In this document: piece after piece, positions 58,276-64,000 of the stretch | Layout: the number at the start of each line of letters is the position of its first letter | Position numbering within the stretch: the first letter of the stretch is position 1 | DNA from: Terriglobia bacterium | GTDB lineage: Bacteria; Acidobacteriota; Terriglobia; JAIQFV01 | NCBI GenBank assembly: GCA_020072965.1 | Contig: JAIQFY010000006.1 | Location: 1 to 64,000 of the forward strand | Length of the DNA: 64,000 nt | Direction of reading: 5' to 3' | The notes under the pieces: model-generated | The model's input: the letters and a program-made list of their open reading frames with translations, nothing else | The model's database searches: none | What the model was told of the DNA's origin: nothing | Position numbers and translations under genes: made by a program

Positions 58276-58872
58276 ATGTGGCAGACAATTGTTCTGGCAT
58301 TGGCTCTGTTAGGGGTAGGGGACGCAGGCAAGCAGGTCTATACCGGACCAAATGCTCTGGGGCCTTTTCGCATCGACAGAGACATTTCGATGAACAGCCT
58401 TTTCGAGAAATTGGGCCGCCCGCCAAAGGTCGCGAGGGATACTTTTTGTTATCAATCGAAAGACAGCCACGCCTTTCTCGTGCTCACACGGATGGTTGAG
58501 GTCTACGACGATAAAATAGCAGGCGATGTCATACTGAGTGATTTTCGCAATTGCATTGACAGGCCAGTGCAAGTTACGGAGGAAGCTCTGCTGACGTGGA
58601 AGACCGAGGACGGCATTGGACTCGGGAGCACAGCGCAGGACGTCCTGACCGCCTATGGGAGACCGTCGAGGGAGGATAAGATTGAAGGTGCGGGGTACCG
58701 ATGGGTTGTTCAAGGCGATTATGATATCGAACGCAATCGTTACTCCACCAGGAAAAGGGCTGAAATAGGAGATAAGGTACTAGTGTACACAAGTCCCCAC
58801 GATTTACTTACGGCCGAGTTCGGAATTCGGAATGGGAAAGTGGTCTGGATTCTCCTTTCAAAAAACGAATAA
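58276..58872 (+). CDS. Hypothetical secreted protein (signal peptide; no recognised domain)
   Basis: N-terminal MWQTIVLALALLGVGDAG and coding-like composition; function unknown. Confidence 0.4.
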   Translation: MWQTIVLALALLGVGDAGKQVYTGPNALGPFRIDRDISMNSLFEKLGRPPKVARDTFCYQSKDSHAFLVLTRMVEVYDDKIAGDVILSDFRNCIDRPVQVTEEALLTWKTEDGIGLGSTAQDVLTAYGRPSREDKIEGAGYRWVVQGDYDIERNRYSTRKRAEIGDKVLVYTSPHDLLTAEFGIRNGKVVWILLSKNE

Positions 58873-59030
58873 GTTGACCGGAAGAAAGACGAAATGATTT
58901 TGGGAGTCACATCTCCCCAATCTGCAATTGACCAAGGGTTCGGACCCGTAGAGCGGCCAAGGACGGCTCGTTCGTACAGCGAAGTCCGAATCACTGGATG
59001 TCGGATCCCACCTAGCTCGTTGCACAAATC

Positions 59031-59051
59031 CCCCCGACGGAAGTCGGGGGA
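59031..59051. promoter_or_regulatory. GC-rich palindrome CCCCCCGAC-GGAA-GTCGGGGG
   Basis: 8-bp arms with a 4-nt loop, in the intergenic region upstream of the recombinase gene. Confidence 0.3.
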
Positions 59052-59101
59052 ATATTCAGGTCCAACCTACATAAACGCCTCCCACCCCTGCACTCTGATC
59101 C

Positions 59102-59127
59102 CCCCGATCCCCCGCGGGGGATCGGGG
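59102..59127. promoter_or_regulatory. Perfect loop-less 26-nt palindrome CCCCGATCCCCCG|CGGGGGATCGGGG (contains two GATC sites)
   Basis: 13-nt arms, exact, preceded by a direct GATCCCCC repeat. Candidate dimeric-protein binding site or cruciform. Confidence 0.35.
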
Positions 59128-59411
59128 AGACCGGATGGAGGAAGAAGAACGCGAGGTGTGGTAGGCTGAATCTGAAGAATCCACCGGCTGCCGCCGGTGG
59201 TATTATGAATTACAGTATCGCATCTCCCATGCAAGCGAGGACAGGCATCGACATTAGTCGCTGGTGTGTAAAGATGGGCTAATATCGACCATGTAATCTG
59301 AGCTCATTTTTGAATTGCCGAATGTCTGTTCATGACTTCTCTTCCGCCAATTTCGTTCCTTCTACAAAACCTGGAAATAGAGTTACGAGGAGTAATTGTG
59401 GGATTTTCTCG

Positions 59412-59447
59412 GTAGGGGCGTCCGCCGCGGCGGACTATGCGCCCCTA
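59412..59447. repeat. Degenerate REP-like palindrome, family 1 (GTAGGGGCGTCCGCCGCGGCGGAC-TAT-GCGCCCCTAG)
   Basis: It carries a 3-nt insertion and a terminal C>G change relative to the 27385 copy. It is followed by the same ~40-nt conserved motif as the 29504 copy. Confidence 0.5.
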
Positions 59448-59536
59448 GGATGAATCATGCTCAATTTGTACCATTTTCAAGGACGTTTGTACTAGAGGCC
59501 AGGAAATTGTGGAAGGATTATTTGTGAGATCGGGAT

Positions 59537-60613
59537 GTGGCGTCGAGTGTCAAGTCCCGTGAAGTCAATCTCCCAGACCCGCCACAGATCATATCGCCGC
59601 TAATCCCCGCGTATCCCTGTTATAATCTGCTCAGCATGGATGAGTGGATCCAAAAGTTTCTGGACTCCCTGCGGTTTGAACGCAACGCTTCGCCGCATAC
59701 GGTGCGCAATTATGCCAGCGACTTGGCGCAGTTTCGAGATTTCCTGCTGCAGCAGGAAATATCCACAAAATCGACGGCGGGACCCAGCCCGAACCCGGAC
59801 GTGGAAAAATCCGGCGGACCCGATGTGAAGTCCATCGATAATCTTCGCATCAGAGAATTCCTCGGCACCCTCTACCAGCGTGAAAACCAGAAAAGTTCAA
59901 TCGCCCGTAAGACTGCGGCGATCCGTTCCTTCTTCCGTTTTGTGGAGCGGGAGGGTGGCATTGAGAAGAATCCGGCCCTGTTGGTGGCCGGCCCCAAGAT
60001 CCCCCGCAAACTGCCGCAAGTGATGACGGCGGAAACGGTGGGGAATTTTTTGAATGCCCTCGATGCACAGAGCGCGGAGGTTGGTCCGGACCCCCACTTT
60101 CTTCTCAAGCGCGACGTCGCCATGTTCGAGCTGTTGTATGCCGCCGGGCTGCGCGTCAGTGAATTGGTGGGACTCAATTTTGAGGACATCAATTTTGACG
60201 AGCGGATGTTGCGAGTCCGGGGGAAAGGCAAAAAGGAACGGATGGTTCCGTTTGGAACGAAGGCAGAACAAGCCATTGCCGCTTACCTGGAACGGCGGGA
60301 TCAGAAGTTTGGCTCCCACCAGGTGGTGGGGAATCGCGCCTCGGTGTTCGTGAATTTTCGCGGGGGGCGTCTCACGGCCCGCTCTGTGGCCCGGCTTCTC
60401 GATCGCTACATCCGCCAATTCGATCGAAACCTGAAACTCTCGCCGCATGGTCTCCGCCATGCCTTTGCCTCGCACCTGCTGTACGAGGGCGCGGATCTGC
60501 GGGCCATCCAGGAAATGCTCGGGCATGAGTCCCTGTCGACAACACAGAAGTACACGCATACGTCGATTAAGCAGCTTCTCGAGGTCTACGACAAGGCCCA
60601 CCCCAAGGCCTAA
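59537..60613 (+). CDS. Tyrosine site-specific recombinase, XerC/XerD family
   Basis: Core-binding domain (HTVRNYASDLAQF), catalytic R...HxxR...Y (GLRVSEL; HGLRHAFASHLL; LGHESLSTTQKYTH). The likely start is MDEWIQKFL (~59637). It has an N-terminal extension and an insertion (STAGPSPNPDVEKSGGPDV). Confidence 0.85.
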   Translation: MASSVKSREVNLPDPPQIISPLIPAYPCYNLLSMDEWIQKFLDSLRFERNASPHTVRNYASDLAQFRDFLLQQEISTKSTAGPSPNPDVEKSGGPDVKSIDNLRIREFLGTLYQRENQKSSIARKTAAIRSFFRFVEREGGIEKNPALLVAGPKIPRKLPQVMTAETVGNFLNALDAQSAEVGPDPHFLLKRDVAMFELLYAAGLRVSELVGLNFEDINFDERMLRVRGKGKKERMVPFGTKAEQAIAAYLERRDQKFGSHQVVGNRASVFVNFRGGRLTARSVARLLDRYIRQFDRNLKLSPHGLRHAFASHLLYEGADLRAIQEMLGHESLSTTQKYTHTSIKQLLEVYDKAHPKA

Positions 60614-60712
60614 CGCCATGACTTCCACGATTTTACAATCCGTCGACTCCCTTGAAAGATTCATTCTCTCCTCAAAGGGAATTCGCCCAATTCTCGCCCC
60701 GAGCGAATCCCG

Positions 60713-62038
60713 ATGACGATCAAAACCCACATCCCGCCTTCTTGCCCTCAGTGCGGTCGACCGATGGAGGCAGGGATGGACGTTTGTGCGTGCGGCTTCG
60801 ATTGGAGCGCCATCCAGCCCATGAGGGAAACCACGGCAGGCGGCCTTACTGCAGGCCAGCCGATTGACGTTGCGTCCATGGCCCAACGAACCCTGAGAAA
60901 GCCGGCAGTGACCTACCTTTTGATCGGCCTCAGCATCCTGATTTTTCTCTTGATGACTGTGATGGGCGGGTCGACCAATACCAACACCCTTCTTAAATTT
61001 GGGGCGATGTACCGCCCCTTGTTCGAGGCGGGAGAGTACTGGCGTCTGGTGACTCCTCTGTTCCTCCATATTGGTTTGCTGCACCTCATGTTCAACATGT
61101 ACGCCCTGCTGGTTCTTGGCAATGTGGTGGAACAGATCTATGGCTCGACACGCTTTCTCTATCTGTATTTATTTTCCGGGATGGGAGGAGCGGTGGCCAG
61201 TGCCTTATTCTCCACGGCCGTGTCCGCCGGGGCCTCGGGAGCGATCTTTGGTGTTGCAGGGGTGGCGTTGATTGTCGGCTATCGCCATCGGGACCGAGTC
61301 GCTTCCAATTTCAAGAGCATTGTGGGACGGGGAATCGTGCCCTTTGTCCTTTTCAATCTTGCATACGGGCTGCTCAACCGGGGAATTGACAATTACGCGC
61401 ATCTTGGAGGCCTGATCACTGGTGCGGTACTGGCTTTTGTGGTTCCCCCGATACATGCTGATTCATCAGTCGACAAGCGCAGGATGTTCTCGTACGGGAT
61501 GCTTTTGCCGCTCGCGGTCATCCTCGGGGCTTTTTTCTTCCCTATAAAAGCCCAATATGAAATGAAGCGGGTGGAGGGTGACTTTAAGATGGCGCTCTCA
61601 CTTGAGAAGGAGAAGCGCTATGACGAGGCGGCTGCCGTTTATCGACGCGCCCTCAAACTGCGTCCGAATCTTCCTTCCATTCACAACAATCTCGCCGTCA
61701 TCTATACCCGCCAGGGTAAATTCGAAGAGGCGGAACGGGAAGCCCGGGCTGCGGTGCAACTGGGCGATGGGGAGGCCATGTATCATCAAACGCTGGGTGC
61801 CGTGTTGTGGCATCAGCAAAGACTTCAGGATGCGGCGGATCACTACCATCGCGCCGCCATGCTTGATCCGAAGAATGCGGAGTTGCACGCCGCTTTAGCG
61901 GCGATCTATCAAGATCAGGGGAGACTGGGCGATGCCCTTCGGGAATGGCTGAAGGTGAAAGAACTCCGCCCGGCCGATGTGATTGTTGACAGGCAGATTG
62001 AGGCGCTGCGCAATCGTATTATTTCCCCGAAATCATAG
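60713..62038 (+). CDS. Rhomboid-family intramembrane serine protease with an N-terminal zinc-ribbon and C-terminal TPR repeats
   Basis: CPQCGRPMEAGMDVCAC ribbon. Rhomboid core motifs (GASGAIFGV; AHLGGLITG). The C-terminal ~150 aa are TPR-like helices. Confidence 0.8.
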   Translation: MTIKTHIPPSCPQCGRPMEAGMDVCACGFDWSAIQPMRETTAGGLTAGQPIDVASMAQRTLRKPAVTYLLIGLSILIFLLMTVMGGSTNTNTLLKFGAMYRPLFEAGEYWRLVTPLFLHIGLLHLMFNMYALLVLGNVVEQIYGSTRFLYLYLFSGMGGAVASALFSTAVSAGASGAIFGVAGVALIVGYRHRDRVASNFKSIVGRGIVPFVLFNLAYGLLNRGIDNYAHLGGLITGAVLAFVVPPIHADSSVDKRRMFSYGMLLPLAVILGAFFFPIKAQYEMKRVEGDFKMALSLEKEKRYDEAAAVYRRALKLRPNLPSIHNNLAVIYTRQGKFEEAEREARAAVQLGDGEAMYHQTLGAVLWHQQRLQDAADHYHRAAMLDPKNAELHAALAAIYQDQGRLGDALREWLKVKELRPADVIVDRQIEALRNRIISPKS

Positions 62039-62275
62039 TGGTGGGGATGAAAGAACAGGTCTGACGGTTGAGGAGAAACCGGGGATAGTCCGAGGTCATT
62101 GCGCCACTCAGTATGCCTCCCCAGGGTCACCTTGATTTTTCATTTTCTCCCCGTTAGAATCGACCTCGATTGAGTACAGTCTGACACTGGGTTCAGGCTG
62201 GCAATGAGTCCTGTTCGTTTCCGACCAACCATCCTCAGCATAAGAAATTACATTCCTGTCGTCGGGGTGTTGCGA

Positions 62276-64000
62276 TGGACGAAGATCCTCGAGTGCCTTC
62301 TCCTCTCGAACTGAAAGTCGATGAGTTGCTTCGGCGTCTCACCGACCTCGAAGAAATCGTGGCACGCCAGACACAGCGCATTTTTGCCTTGGAATCTCAG
62401 CGCGGCATTCCGACCTCGTCAAGCATCAGGGCCGAGCAGAAACCCAAACCGGAAGTAACGGCGGGACCGATTGCGGGTGTGCCACCCCCTTCGGCTGCGA
62501 GCTTGGCGCCGCCCCCCCCCGCTAGTGCGGGGCAGAGAGCCACTTCCCCGGTTCTTCCTCCGACTGCAGTACCGTTGTTTAGAGAATCTGCTCGAACGCC
62601 GAACGAAGCAGCGACCAGCCTGGAGGCGCGTATTGGGGGGAACTGGCTACTGTGGGTGGGCATTGTGGCGATCGTGCTGGGCACCGTCTATTTCCTGAAG
62701 CTGGCCTTCGAGAACAACTGGGTGGGACCGAGTATGCGAGTCGCCATCGGCGCCTTTTTCGGCATTGGGTTCGTTTATTGGGGTGAGGAGCTTCAGAAAC
62801 GGGAATATCCCGTCTATGGCCAGGCGGTCACGGGTGGTGGAAACGCCATCCTCTATCTTTCGATCTATGCGGCGTTTAATTTTTATCACCTGATCCCGGC
62901 GTCTGCCGCGTTTTTCTTGATGATTCTGGTCACGGCGACCCTCTCCGTGCTGGCGGCGCGTTACGGTTCCCTGGCCCTGGCATTCATCGGTCTGGTGGGT
63001 GGATTCATGACTCCCATCTGGCTGAGTACGGGCGAGGACCACCAAGTAATTCTCCTCAGTTACATTGCGCTCCTGGTCGCCGGGGTGGCTTATCTGGCGC
63101 GGGCGCGGAATTGGGCGGTCCTGAACTATTCGAGTTTTATCCTGACGCTGGTTATATTTCTGGGGTGGGCCGTCCGGTTTTACTCCGGAGAGAAACGCGG
63201 AGCCACCGAGTTTTTTCTCTGTCTCTTTGCGGGCTTGTTTCTATTTGTGGGGGCTGTATCCCAACGTCAAGCCGATGGCCCTGGGCAATTGTTGGCCCGG
63301 GTCCTGATGGGCTCTTCGTCGATTCTATTCTACCTGTTTAGTATCATTAATCTCTTCGACCACGGCACAGAGATGTTTTCCTTCATCGTGCTCTTCGATG
63401 TGATCGTCTTGATTGCCGCGATGGGGTTCCTCCTGAAAGGACTTGGCTGGGCTGCCTTTCTGCTGAATGCCCTGAGTATCTTCCCGTGGCTGATGATCGG
63501 ATATCGGGAAGAACACCTGGCCAGCACACTGTTGTCGCTCACGGTTATCTTTGTGTTTTTCTTGTTCTGGCCGCTGGGTTTCATCTTCGGGAAGAAAATG
63601 GGAACTTCCAGCCTGGATCTGGGTGTGACGGTCTCAAATGGGCTGGGATATTTTGGTGCCCTGTATTTTCTTCTGGAACAGCACCATCACGGCCTCCTCG
63701 GCCTCCTTGCCGTCTCCATGGGCGCGGTGTATTTTGCGGCGGCAAATGCTATTTGGAAAAAAGCCGAAAAAGAGAAGCGGTTTGCCCTGATAACGCTCGG
63801 GGTGGCGATCACCTTTGTCACCCTGGCCATCCCGATTCAACTTAAACAAAACTGGATCACCCTTTCATGGGCCGTGGAAGCCGTGGTGCTCACGTGGGTG
63901 GCCGTTCGAACGTCCAGTGTCAGGATGCATCTCGCATCCTGTGCCGTCATGGTTCTCACGGTGTTCCGCCTGTTTGCCTTCGACAAGACCATTTCCAGTG
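62276..64000 (+). CDS. DUF2339-like polytopic membrane protein with an N-terminal coiled-coil/Pro-Ala-rich region (3' end beyond window)
   Basis: ATG at 62276 and an open frame to the window end; >=12 predicted TM helices after a ~120-aa soluble N-terminus. Confidence 0.6.

Noticed and set aside
59537-60613. Recombinase as the integrase of an integrated island or prophage
   Set aside because: There are no flanking direct repeats, no tRNA gene and no phage or conjugation genes nearby. The catalytic C-terminus matches housekeeping XerC/D (LGHxSLxTTQxYTH). It is left as Xer-family.

Overview
This 64-kb window is mostly bacterial chromosome with moderate GC (about 55-60%). Its gene content suggests Acidobacteria (this is an inference). 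The left 3.7 kb is sharply different, at roughly 70% GC.

Left edge (1..3697, minus strand): one uninterrupted ORF encodes a Sec-signal-peptide protein with tandem Ig-like repeats. It runs in frame, with no stop, into an actinobacterial-type family-1 encapsulin shell sequence that continues off the window. A three-component regulatory operon (sensor histidine kinase, CheY-like receiver, LuxR-type response regulator) lies immediately upstream of it and is transcribed in the same direction.

Other content, left to right:
- A ~1-kb AT-rich non-coding gap.
- A secreted alpha/beta hydrolase, a CPBP intramembrane protease, a Tat-signal hemerythrin-like protein and a glycogen-debranching-like enzyme.
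- Two tandem paralogous type IV pilus minor-pilin cassettes (fimT/gspH-pilV-pilW-pilX, ~5.5 kb each). Each ends in an unusually large (~700 aa) PilX-like protein and has conserved non-coding blocks on both sides.
- A gene for a YVTN beta-propeller fused to a phosphoesterase, then genes for an ICL/PEP-mutase-family protein, a TPR protein, a DinB-family protein and thiC.
- A GT9 heptosyltransferase and two adjacent 551-aa radical SAM enzymes. One has SPASM-type auxiliary-cluster motifs. The other has an N-terminal Cys/His ribbon plus two CX3CX2C motifs and resembles tetraether-lipid-synthase (Tes)-like enzymes.
- An MBL hydrolase.
- A five-gene beta-oxidation operon on the minus strand (acyl-CoA synthetase, thiolase, family-III CoA-transferase, FadJ/B, acyl-CoA dehydrogenase).
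- Genes for an ACT-domain protein, a kynureninase-like enzyme, a gamma-glutamyltransferase, a DUF2269 membrane protein, a 1315-aa AsmA/TamB-like protein, a BamE-like lipoprotein, trmFO, a XerC/D-type recombinase, a rhomboid-TPR protease and a DUF2339 membrane protein (3' truncated).

Non-coding structure:
- Three families of GTAG-type REP-like palindromes sit in the intergenic regions.
- Two inverted, satellite-like low-complexity elements flank a ~9-kb segment.
- Several perfect GC-rich palindromes occur upstream of the recombinase.

No rRNA, tRNA, CRISPR array or transposase gene was recognised.
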